The notes beneath the pieces are model-generated. The model made no database searches and had not been told where the DNA came from. It worked only from the letters and a program-made list of their open reading frames with translations. The translations under genes and the position numbers were made by a program. 64,000 bases of DNA from Oscillospiraceae bacterium (GTDB lineage Bacteria; Bacillota; Clostridia; Oscillospirales; CAG-272). Shown piece by piece: positions 1 to 8,171 of the stretch (positions are counted from its first letter, which is position 1; each line of letters opens with the position of its first letter). The DNA lies in the NCBI GenBank assembly GCA_015063845.1, contig SVTJ01000010.1, forward strand, positions 9,846 to 73,845. The letters run 5' to 3'.

Positions 1-282
1 GTTCTCCTGCAAGAACTGAGAATAGGTGGTCTGGAAGTAATATTTCATCATATTTCCGTTTACGCGGAAGTTTTCCGACTTAGCGGCGGTCTGCCAACGC
101 GAGAATACGCCGTTTGCGGACATAAGGCTGAGTGCAACAGCCGCGAGAATAACGACCGCGACCGTGATAGTGATAAGGTTAACCGCCCAGTTAGGCATTC
201 CCTTCTTCTTTTTAGCGGGCTTTATTCCGAAAGCTACGGCATCGCTCGCCTTTTTTGTTTTGATTCTGTTAGACTTTCCCAT
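1..282 (-). CDS. Partial membrane-anchored protein running off the window edge; possibly PrsA/SurA-like foldase N-terminus
   Basis: Manual translation MGKSNRIKTKK...NLITITVAVVILAAVALSLMS...MMKYYFQTTYSQFLQEN; GAGG SD upstream; basic N-terminus plus one TM helix. Not in the ORF track. Confidence 0.6.
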   Translation of the reverse strand, partial: MGKSNRIKTKKASDAVAFGIKPAKKKKGMPNWAVNLITITVAVVILAAVALSLMSANGVFSRWQTAAKSENFRVNGNMMKYYFQTTYSQFLQEN

Positions 283-453
283 TTTGGGTTACCTCTTTTC
301 TGACTTTATATGTTTTATGATAGCAGTCACTTCAATTATTATACAATCATAGAGTGATAAAACATTGAATTTAATTTAAACAATCTATGAATTCGCCAAA
401 AAAGCTTATTTTTTGGCGAAAAAACCGAAAAATTCTCCGTGTATTTATTGATA

Positions 454-2130
454 TTAAACATCAACAATGACGGGTAATACCATCGGTTTGCGCTTGGTCT
501 TAGAGTAGAGGAAGCGAGAAAGGTCGTCCTTGACGCTGTTTTTGAGGTGCATTCTGTCAACGACGTCGCCCGCGTCTATACATCTGTTGATGGCGATAGC
601 GGCAATGTTTCTTACCTCGTCCATAAGCTCCTCAGACTCGCGCACATAAACGAATCCTCTCGATACTATATCGGGCCCCGACACGAGCAAGCCCTCGTCG
701 GCATCTATCGCCGCAACGACTATTATAATACCGTCCTGCGCGAGATGGCGGCGGTCGCGAAGCACGATGTTTCCAACGTCTCCTACGCCATATCCGTCAA
801 CAAGTATCTTTCCCGCAGGAACAGTGCCCGAAAATCTTGCGCCCTTGCTGTCTATCTCAAGCACCTTTCCTATATCGGAAATGAAGATGTTGCCGTCCTC
901 TACGCCCATATCAAGAGCAAGCTCTCTGTTTGCCGCAAGATGGCGGTATTCACCGTGTATGGGCATAAAATATTTAGGTCTGGTAAGAGCCTGCATGAGC
1001 TTGAGCTCCTCTTGGCAGGCGTGACCCGAAACGTGGACCTCTACCACAGCATCGTGAAGCACGCTCACTCCGTTCTTGGATAGCTCGTTTATGATTCGTC
1101 CAACAAGCTTTTCGTTACCCGGTATCGCGCTCGAGGACAAAACGACAAGATCGTTTCTGCCAAGCGTTACCTGAGAGTGGTCTCCAAACGCCATTCTGTA
1201 AAGAGCGGACATAGGCTCGCCCTGGCTTCCCGTGGTCACGAGCGTCAGCTCCTCGGGCTTGTAGCGTCTTATCTCGTTTATGTCAACGAGCACTCCCTCG
1301 GGCACGTTCATATATCCGAGCTCCACAGCCGCTCCGACTATGTTGAGCATACTGCGTCCCGTGATAGCCACCTTTCTGCCGTGGGCGGCGCTTACGTTGA
1401 TTATCTGCTGTACGCGATGCACGTTCGAGGAAAAGGTAGCTATTACTATCCTCTTGTCCTTGTTCGAAGTGAAAATATACTCAAGCGACTTTCCGACCTT
1501 GCGCTCAGAGGGGGTAAAGCCCGCTCTTTCCGCGTTGGTCGACTCGCACATAAGCAAAAGAACTCCCTTTCTGCCTATCTCGCCAAGACGGGTAATGTTC
1601 ATCATATCTCCGTCGATAGGGGTAACGTCCAGCTTGAAGTCACCCGTGTGAACTATAACGCCGAGAGGCGTTGTTATCGCGAGACAGCAGGCGTCCGCGA
1701 TAGAATGGTTTGTGTGGATGAACTCAACGGCAAATGAGCCAAGTCTCACCGTTTGTCCCGCCTTGACACAGTTGAGCTGAGGCTCAAAGGGCAAAACGTG
1801 CTCCGCGAGCTTGTTCTTTATGATGCCGAGAGTAAGGTTGGTACCGTATATCGGCACGTTCATCGCACGCAAAAAGTAGGGGATCGCGCCGATATGGTCC
1901 TCGTGTCCGTGAGTGAGCACCATACCTCTTATCTTGTCGCAGTTTTCCTCAAGATAGGTAAAATCGGGTATGACTATATCGATACCCGGCATATCTTCGT
2001 CAGGAAAGCCAAGACCGCAATCCACGATAATGATATCGTCCGCATATTCAAGCACGGTAAGGTTCTTACCTATTTCGTTAAGACCGCCGAGCGCGATTAT
2101 GCGAAGCTTGCCTTTTTCTTTCTTTGGCAT
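454..2130 (-). CDS. rnj: Ribonuclease J
   Basis: GGLNEIGKN start, THGHEDHIG MBL motif, TGSQGEP, HVSGH, PIHGEYRH. Confidence 0.97.
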   Translation of the reverse strand: MPKKEKGKLRIIALGGLNEIGKNLTVLEYADDIIIVDCGLGFPDEDMPGIDIVIPDFTYLEENCDKIRGMVLTHGHEDHIGAIPYFLRAMNVPIYGTNLTLGIIKNKLAEHVLPFEPQLNCVKAGQTVRLGSFAVEFIHTNHSIADACCLAITTPLGVIVHTGDFKLDVTPIDGDMMNITRLGEIGRKGVLLLMCESTNAERAGFTPSERKVGKSLEYIFTSNKDKRIVIATFSSNVHRVQQIINVSAAHGRKVAITGRSMLNIVGAAVELGYMNVPEGVLVDINEIRRYKPEELTLVTTGSQGEPMSALYRMAFGDHSQVTLGRNDLVVLSSSAIPGNEKLVGRIINELSKNGVSVLHDAVVEVHVSGHACQEELKLMQALTRPKYFMPIHGEYRHLAANRELALDMGVEDGNIFISDIGKVLEIDSKGARFSGTVPAGKILVDGYGVGDVGNIVLRDRRHLAQDGIIIVVAAIDADEGLLVSGPDIVSRGFVYVRESEELMDEVRNIAAIAINRCIDAGDVVDRMHLKNSVKDDLSRFLYSKTKRKPMVLPVIVDV

Positions 2131-2324
2131 AATTTCTCCTATTCTGTTTTATTTATTTGGTTTATGAATATCGGGCGCGCGCCAACGTCCCCGCGCGACC
2201 GTGACATACTGATTTGATAATGCTTTTTATAAAATGAGCATAAGGATACGACCTCTTTCAAGACGCACAGCACCGCTCCCTATGCGCTCAAAGAGGTGAG
2301 AATATCAAATTTTGACCCAGAAGT

Positions 2325-2353
2325 ATTATACCACACTTCCCTCTTCTTGTCAA
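2325..2353 (-). promoter_or_regulatory. Sigma-A promoter for rnj
   Basis: TTGACA-17 bp-TATAAT on the minus strand. Confidence 0.75.
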
Positions 2354-2386
2354 CACGTTTTTGTCGTCGCGCACCGACAGCGAGCG

Positions 2387-2647
2387 TCATAAAAACGCCA
2401 AAAGACACACCAAAAGCGACAGTACCGCGCCAAGTATCGCCGAGCACGCGACAAGCAGAGCCGTGCGAAGCCCTCGCCGCACATATCTCTTGTGCGCGCC
2501 GCTGTCATTGATTATTTTGTTTGCCTCTTTCACGACGTCCGCTCGCTCAGATGCCCCACCCTTTCTCAACACAAAATACACCGCCTCGAATTTGCTGTTC
2601 GGCTCGGTCCTGACAACTATTACGTTTCTGTTTATTCCCTTTAACAT
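2387..2647 (-). CDS. Small hypothetical protein with C-terminal TM helix
   Basis: 86-aa ORF; hydrophobic C-terminus; GGCGGTG SD-like sequence. Confidence 0.65.
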   Translation of the reverse strand: MLKGINRNVIVVRTEPNSKFEAVYFVLRKGGASERADVVKEANKIINDSGAHKRYVRRGLRTALLVACSAILGAVLSLLVCLLAFL

Positions 2648-2711
2648 TTACACACCGCCCAAATACTCTCTTTCTTTGCTTAGTATTGCCAAATATCACT
2701 AAAATAAACAC

Positions 2712-2741
2712 AAAAAGGAGCAGCCGAAGTTCGGCTGCTCC
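2712..2741 (-). terminator. Intrinsic terminator
   Basis: GGAGCAGCCGAA/TTCGGCTGCTCC inverted repeat with minus-strand U tract, after the lipoprotein gene. Confidence 0.75.
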
Positions 2742-2758
2742 CCATCTATTGCTTTGAT

Positions 2759-4210
2759 TTAGTTGAACTGAACGTCCATTGTCTGAACAAGCTTCAGCTT
2801 GTATCCGCTGTCGGTGTAATTGAGAGTTACGGTATAAACGTAGCTCTTGATGCTGTCTCCGTTCATTGTAACGGTAAGAACTGCGGACGTGGACGTCACC
2901 TTTGCTCCCGTTTCGGTTATAGCCTCTTTGAGCTCGTCTGCCGCGGACGGGAAGAAAGTAAACTCATAAACGCCGTCGCTCTTCTGCGCGATGCTCTGTA
3001 TCTTGCCCGATGAGAAATCCGGGTAGTTTACAAAGTCGGACATAAAGGCCTTTGCCTCAAGGTCGGTGCAGATAGTCGCAGTGCCCACGGTACTGCCCTC
3101 CTGCATCACACTCTGTTTTCCGTTGGAATACGAGTATACGGTTATATCTTTCGTAGAAGGATTGCTGACATCTCCGTTTTGCATCTTTACGTTGTATTTG
3201 AACTTATTACCCTCATAATACGCGGAGCCTGTGTATTTATAGGAAGCGCGGCTGTAGCTTGTGCCGTTGTCAGCGTCGGATACACGGGTCAAAAGGCCCG
3301 CTGTGAAATTAACGCGCTCGTTATACTCCTCGCGTGCTTCAAAAGCATCGGCTACCTTGTCGATAACAGTAAGATCCTTTGTCTCGGTATAGCTGCCAAG
3401 GTCGGGCTCATCCACCTCAGTCTCACCGTAATCGTCGTATTCTATCTCTATACAAAGAGTAGGAACAGAGCTTGCCGTCTTTCCGCTTATAACAGCGAAA
3501 ATATAGTTAGCTTCTATGTACTGAGGATAATACTTCTTGTCGTACTCTATGGTGACCTCGACGTCCTTGAGATAAAAGGTCGACTCGAATATATCCGCAA
3601 CACCGCCAACCATCTTTTTCATATTCTTAAGGCCTTCTTCGCTCGCGCCCGACATAGTGGTGGTCCAAGAGCCGTCGTCCTCATCGCGCTCCGCTTCCTT
3701 GTTGGAGAAGTACTCAACCTTGAAATCCGTATTGTCATCTTCTTTGCTCTCAAGGTATTCTCTGTATTGGTCCGCGCTTGAGGGAGCCCAAAGCTTCTGG
3801 TCTACCTTATTATCCTTATACGATATATACATCTTGCCGTCGTAATAACCGTTTACCGTGGTGGCGATGTTTGTCTCCTCAATTCCCTCTCCGCTCACCT
3901 TGGCATTTGTATACGTGGTCTCATAATACGCCATATCCTCACCGTGGATGTCATAAAACTTTATCTCACCGTTTCCGCTTGCGGAAACAGACATACCGTC
4001 AACGTTACCGGATACCTTCATAGTCATCTCAGCAGTATAAGAATCGACCTCGCCAATAACCTCGTCCGCAAGCTCATAAAGCTTTTCCGCGCGCTCGTCC
4101 TCGTCCATCTCAAGGAGCTCCTTTATCTGTCTGCGTCCGCAGGAAGCAAGACACGCAGTCAGCATAACAAGTGCCAGAACAAGGCTCAAAACTCTAAAAT
4201 ACTTTTTCAT
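2759..4210 (-). CDS. Acidic lipoprotein of unknown function
   Basis: Signal peptide with lipobox (LAS-C); beta-rich mature part. Confidence 0.85.
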   Translation of the reverse strand: MKKYFRVLSLVLALVMLTACLASCGRRQIKELLEMDEDERAEKLYELADEVIGEVDSYTAEMTMKVSGNVDGMSVSASGNGEIKFYDIHGEDMAYYETTYTNAKVSGEGIEETNIATTVNGYYDGKMYISYKDNKVDQKLWAPSSADQYREYLESKEDDNTDFKVEYFSNKEAERDEDDGSWTTTMSGASEEGLKNMKKMVGGVADIFESTFYLKDVEVTIEYDKKYYPQYIEANYIFAVISGKTASSVPTLCIEIEYDDYGETEVDEPDLGSYTETKDLTVIDKVADAFEAREEYNERVNFTAGLLTRVSDADNGTSYSRASYKYTGSAYYEGNKFKYNVKMQNGDVSNPSTKDITVYSYSNGKQSVMQEGSTVGTATICTDLEAKAFMSDFVNYPDFSSGKIQSIAQKSDGVYEFTFFPSAADELKEAITETGAKVTSTSAVLTVTMNGDSIKSYVYTVTLNYTDSGYKLKLVQTMDVQFN

Positions 4211-4337
4211 AACAGTTCTCCTTTCGGTCGTGCTTGTAAAATCGCTATAAATATTATATCATATTCAGCGCGCTTTGTCAATAAACCGACGGATGTGCTG
4301 TTGCACAAAAATATTGAATGTTTTTTAAAAAAAGTGC

Positions 4338-4366
4338 TTGACAAAGCGAAACGTTTGTGATATAAT
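4338..4366 (+). promoter_or_regulatory. Sigma-A promoter of tRNA gene
   Basis: TTGACA-17 bp-TATAAT. Confidence 0.85.
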
Positions 4367-4382
4367 ACGCTTTGTCAGTCAA

Positions 4383-4458
4383 TGGGGCATCGCCAAGCGG
4401 TAAGGCAACGGACTCTGACTCCGTCATTACCTAGGTTCGAATCCTAGTGCCCCAGCCA
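4383..4458 (+). tRNA. tRNA-Gln (anticodon CTG)
   Basis: TGGGGCA...TGCCCCA acceptor stem, D loop AAGCGGTAA, anticodon arm ACGGA-CTCTGAC-TCCGT, GGTTCGAATCC, encoded CCA. Confidence 0.97.
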
Positions 4459-4495
4459 AAAAGAAACACCACCCTGTTGGGTGGTGTTTCTTTTT
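4459..4495 (+). terminator. Intrinsic terminator after tRNA
   Basis: AAAGAAACACCACCC/GGGTGGTGTTTCTTT hairpin plus T tract. Confidence 0.8.
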
Positions 4496-4651
4496 GGCTG
4501 CGACGCTATCGCGTCGAATCGAGCCCCGTAACGCTTGCGTTACGGGATTAGGTTCGCATTTTGCGAGCAAGGCGATGGGAGCTCGCTCACAAGAGCCGCG
4601 AGCAAAAATCTTCATATTTGCGGAGCAAATGTGAATACCCTAGTGCCAAAC

Positions 4652-4681
4652 GAACGGGGCGTCGGGGACGTCGCCCCCTAC
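4652..4681 (-). repeat. GTAG-type REP-like palindrome
   Basis: Minus strand reads GTAG-GGGGCG-ACGTCCCCGA-CGCCCC. Confidence 0.55.
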
Positions 4682-4748
4682 AAGTTTTTCTTTACATTCC
4701 CGCAAAGATATGCTATAATAAACGCAGAAAAACTTACGGGGGGAAGTT

Positions 4749-5504
4749 ATGATACATTCTGTTTTAATTATCGGACAATCGAATATGGCGGGTAGAGGAT
4801 TTGCTTCCGAAGTAGAGCCAATTCAAAACAAGGACGTCGTTATCGCGAGAAACGGAAGATGGCGACCTATGTACGTACCCGTCAACCCCGACAGAGCGAC
4901 CTCGGGTGTCAGTCTTGCGGAGAGCTTTGCGGACATCTACTCCAAAGAAAAGGGTGTGAGGGTCGGTATAATTCCCTGTGCTGACGGCGGCACTTCTCTT
5001 GACCAATGGGCAGTTGGCGGTCTTCTTTTTGACCACGCGTGTTATATGGCAAAATTGGCACAGCGCACTTCTACTATCGCGGCGGTGCTCTGGCATCAGG
5101 GAGAATCCGACTGCAACGATGATCGCTATCCATTTTACGAAGAAAAGCTTCTTAGAATAATAGACGGCTTCAGAGAAAGACTTGATCTTTATGACGTTCC
5201 GTTTCTTGTCGGCGGCCTTGGAGATTTTTTGAAGGACTGCAAGCATTCAAGTGCAATTCCCGCAAATTTTGCTCACATCAATGCTGCATTGCAAAGAATT
5301 CCCGAAAGGAGAGAACGTGTTGGCTTTGTGTCGGCAGAAGGTCTTGGCGCAAATCCCGACAATCTTCATTTCTCCGCGACGGCGCTGAGAGAGTTTGGCG
5401 CGCGTTATTACACCGAATTCTTAAAGCACGAGGACAAAAACAAGGTATTTGAGGAAAAGCCAAGCGCAGATCTCGCTATCGTCAACAACATTGAGCTGCT
5501 TTGA
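4749..5504 (+). CDS. SASA/CE6-type acetylesterase (SGNH superfamily)
   Basis: GQSNM, WHQGESD and DNLH motifs. Confidence 0.9.
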   Translation: MIHSVLIIGQSNMAGRGFASEVEPIQNKDVVIARNGRWRPMYVPVNPDRATSGVSLAESFADIYSKEKGVRVGIIPCADGGTSLDQWAVGGLLFDHACYMAKLAQRTSTIAAVLWHQGESDCNDDRYPFYEEKLLRIIDGFRERLDLYDVPFLVGGLGDFLKDCKHSSAIPANFAHINAALQRIPERRERVGFVSAEGLGANPDNLHFSATALREFGARYYTEFLKHEDKNKVFEEKPSADLAIVNNIELL

Positions 5505-5585
5505 CCTACCGCTCATGCGTTAAATGAGAGTGCCCACCTACCAAGAATAACAAAAGACCTTTGTGTATTCTTTACACAAAGGTCT

Positions 5586-5786
5586 TTATTTATCTTCTGT
5601 TCTTCCGAGCAAATAATCAAGGGATACATCAAAATAGTCCGCAAATTTTATGAGCACATCATAATCTGCTTGACGCTCCATGTTTTCGTATCGGGATATC
5701 GTGTTTTGATTCATATTCAAGTCAAGCGCAAGCTTTAATTGAGATATATTTCTTTCTTTTCGCAATTTTTTGAGCCTAAATTCCAT
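5586..5786 (-). CDS. XRE-family HTH regulator
   Basis: RLKKLRKERNISQ...TISRYE...ADYFDVSLDYLLGR. Confidence 0.93.
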   Translation of the reverse strand: MEFRLKKLRKERNISQLKLALDLNMNQNTISRYENMERQADYDVLIKFADYFDVSLDYLLGRTEDK

Positions 5787-5813
5787 ATTTTTCTCCTTTT
5801 TTCAACAAAGCTC

Positions 5814-5867
5814 TTGACTTTATTATACCAATTTGGTATAATAATTATATCCCGTTTCGGGATATAA
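5814..5867. promoter_or_regulatory. Divergent promoter with two palindromic operator candidates
   Basis: TTGACT-17-TATAAT; palindromes at 5821-5843 and 5845-5867. Confidence 0.6.
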
Positions 5868-5887
5868 CAACAATAAGGAGATTTACT

Positions 5888-6175
5888 ATGGGATTGAATC
5901 GTAAGTGCCCCAAATGTGGCAGCGAAAAAGTACAGTTATCAGATACCACCAAAAAACACGGTTGTTTGTGGTTTATTTTGCTGGGATGGATCTATATCCT
6001 TTGGATGTTCTTCAAATGGATGATCGGCTTTATGGTCTTGATTTGCCTTGATTGGTGGATGGCAATTATAAAAAAATCGCAGAACAAGGGATATGTATGG
6101 AAATCCAAGAGATGGTTTTCAGGAAAGACCCAATACTACTATTGCCATGATTGCGGACACAATTTCAAGGCATAA
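5888..6175 (+). CDS. Small membrane protein with split zinc ribbon
   Basis: CPKC at the N-terminus, CHDC at the C-terminus, Trp-rich hydrophobic core; AAGGAG SD. Confidence 0.8.
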   Translation: MGLNRKCPKCGSEKVQLSDTTKKHGCLWFILLGWIYILWMFFKWMIGFMVLICLDWWMAIIKKSQNKGYVWKSKRWFSGKTQYYYCHDCGHNFKA

Positions 6176-6387
6176 ATTTGGATACACCGCAAAGGACACC
6201 TTCGGGTGTCCTTTTTGCTTTGTTTTCACCGCGTTGTATTCGCTAAAGGAGCGTAACATTTACGTCTCCAACAAAGATTCGACAAAAAATCGACACAAAA
6301 ACTTGACACATTTGCCGTTTGGTGATAAAATTAATCAAGGAAAGGCGAACGTCTTTACATATTGCTTTTGAAAGAAAGGACAAGATC

Positions 6388-7062
6388 ATGAGCAAAAATT
6401 TATCCAACATTTTAACTGTGTTCAAGGTGGTAAAGGTCCTTGCGCAGGTAGTTTTCGTTTTCAGTATAATCGGCTGTGCGGGCTGCGTGCTCGGACTTAT
6501 GACGCTTCCTATGGCAGGCGCTATGATACCTACGGGACTGCTTTCCGAGGTGGGACTTGACCTGCTGTCCGCTTATCAAGCTTGCATCGTAGGCGCAATA
6601 GTCTGCGTGGGCGAGCTCATTTTCGCGATATTCGCAAAGCGTTATTTCAAGAACGTTCTGGATGCGGGAACGCCCTTTACGTTTGACGGAGCAAAGGAAA
6701 GCTTCAGACTTGGAATCGCTTCTATCATAATCTCGGCAGCAACCTCGGTGATAGCGGGAATAGTTTCTCTCGGATTTCTTGCGTTCTCGTCTCCCCTCTC
6801 CACTGAATCCGATGCGAGTGTGACCTTCTCGCTCACGACAGGACTTATCTTTTTGTTCCTGTCCATGGTATTCAAGCACGGAGCGGAGCTGAGAGAAGCA
6901 AACGCACAGCAAGCAGCTCAAATGGTGGCTCAGCAGCAAGCATTCGCAGAGCAAGAAGCAGCACGAGCTAAGGCAGAGCAAGAAGCGGCACGCGCTCAGA
7001 CGGAGCAGTCCGAAGAGCAGCCCGAGACCGACGCGCAGAGCGCGGATAGCGAAGCGGAATAA
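6388..7062 (+). CDS. Four-TM membrane protein (DUF2975-like) with Ala/Gln/Glu tail
   Basis: Four hydrophobic segments; GTPFT and VFKHGAEL motifs; start moved to the ATG after AAGGA. Confidence 0.7.
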   Translation: MSKNLSNILTVFKVVKVLAQVVFVFSIIGCAGCVLGLMTLPMAGAMIPTGLLSEVGLDLLSAYQACIVGAIVCVGELIFAIFAKRYFKNVLDAGTPFTFDGAKESFRLGIASIIISAATSVIAGIVSLGFLAFSSPLSTESDASVTFSLTTGLIFLFLSMVFKHGAELREANAQQAAQMVAQQQAFAEQEAARAKAEQEAARAQTEQSEEQPETDAQSADSEAE

Positions 7063-7122
7063 TTTGTTTTTACGTTTATAAGAAAAAGCAGAGTAGCAAT
7101 GCTACTCTGCTTTTGTTCTTTC

Positions 7123-8148
7123 TTATTCGAAGCTGACAACGTACTTTCCGAGTGCTCTCTGCTTTTTGTCTGCGAGAACTGCGGGGAGCTCTTCAACGGG
7201 TATCTTTTTATAAACCATCGAGGAGACGTCTATCTTGCCGCTGTCGATAAGGTCAAGCGCTCTTCTCTGCGTGTAAGGATTGATAAACGACGCCTTGAGA
7301 ACTATCTCCTTTTTGAAAAGCTCGAAGGGCTTTATCTCTATCTCGTCGTCGGGCTTGGAAAGTCCGAACAGCATTACTGTGGACTTCTTTCCCGCGATAG
7401 CGATAGCCTGCTTCATTGTAGCGGTCTTTCCGACGCACTCAATGACAGTACTAACTCTGGTTATGCCGTTCTCACGGAGCTTGTCGAATACGTTCTCGGT
7501 CAAGGGATCTATTGTGATATCCGCGCCGAGCTTCTCTGCGATCCTTCTCTTTTCCTCGATAGGCTCGATAAGTATAAGCTTTGCAGCGCCGCTAAGCTTT
7601 GCAAGCTGGAGCATAAGCAGACCTATCATTCCGCCGCCTATGACCGCAACGGTGTCGCCTGCCTTGACGTCGCTCATATCTATTCCGTGCAAGCAGCAAG
7701 CAACGGGCTCTGTCATTGCCGCCTCGGCATATGAGAGCTTATCGCTGAAGCGATACACCTGGCTCTCGGGAACAACGCAATACTCGGCAAATCCGCCGTG
7801 CATAGTCGTTCCTATTCCCTTCATGCTCTCGCAGAAGTGTCCTATTCCGCCTCTGCAATAATCGCAGGTGTTGCACAGCCAGTTGGGGTCAACGCAAACT
7901 CTGTCTCCCACCTTAACGCTCTTGACTGCCGCGCCGACCTCTATGACCTCACCCGCAAACTCGTGTCCGAGTACTGTTCCCGCAGGTGTTGCCGCCGCGC
8001 CCTCGTCACCGTCGAAAATATGCATATCCGTTCCGCATATTCCACACGCCTTGACCTTGAGGACTACGTCGTCCTTGCCAACAACACGAGGCGTTTCGAT
8101 CTCCTCAACTCTCAAATCGTACTTTCCGTAAAATACCGCCGCTTTCAT
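7123..8148 (-). CDS. Zinc-dependent (sugar) alcohol dehydrogenase, MDR family
   Basis: CGICGTD, GHE, structural-Zn Cys cluster, GGGMIG. Confidence 0.93.
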   Translation of the reverse strand: MKAAVFYGKYDLRVEEIETPRVVGKDDVVLKVKACGICGTDMHIFDGDEGAAATPAGTVLGHEFAGEVIEVGAAVKSVKVGDRVCVDPNWLCNTCDYCRGGIGHFCESMKGIGTTMHGGFAEYCVVPESQVYRFSDKLSYAEAAMTEPVACCLHGIDMSDVKAGDTVAVIGGGMIGLLMLQLAKLSGAAKLILIEPIEEKRRIAEKLGADITIDPLTENVFDKLRENGITRVSTVIECVGKTATMKQAIAIAGKKSTVMLFGLSKPDDEIEIKPFELFKKEIVLKASFINPYTQRRALDLIDSGKIDVSSMVYKKIPVEELPAVLADKKQRALGKYVVSFE

Positions 8149-8171
8149 AAAAATCCCCTTTCATTTGCTTT

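Noticed and set aside
4383-6175. Prophage or ICE integrated at tRNA-Gln
   Set aside because: No integrase, structural or conjugation genes; only a short T-arm echo and one XRE gene
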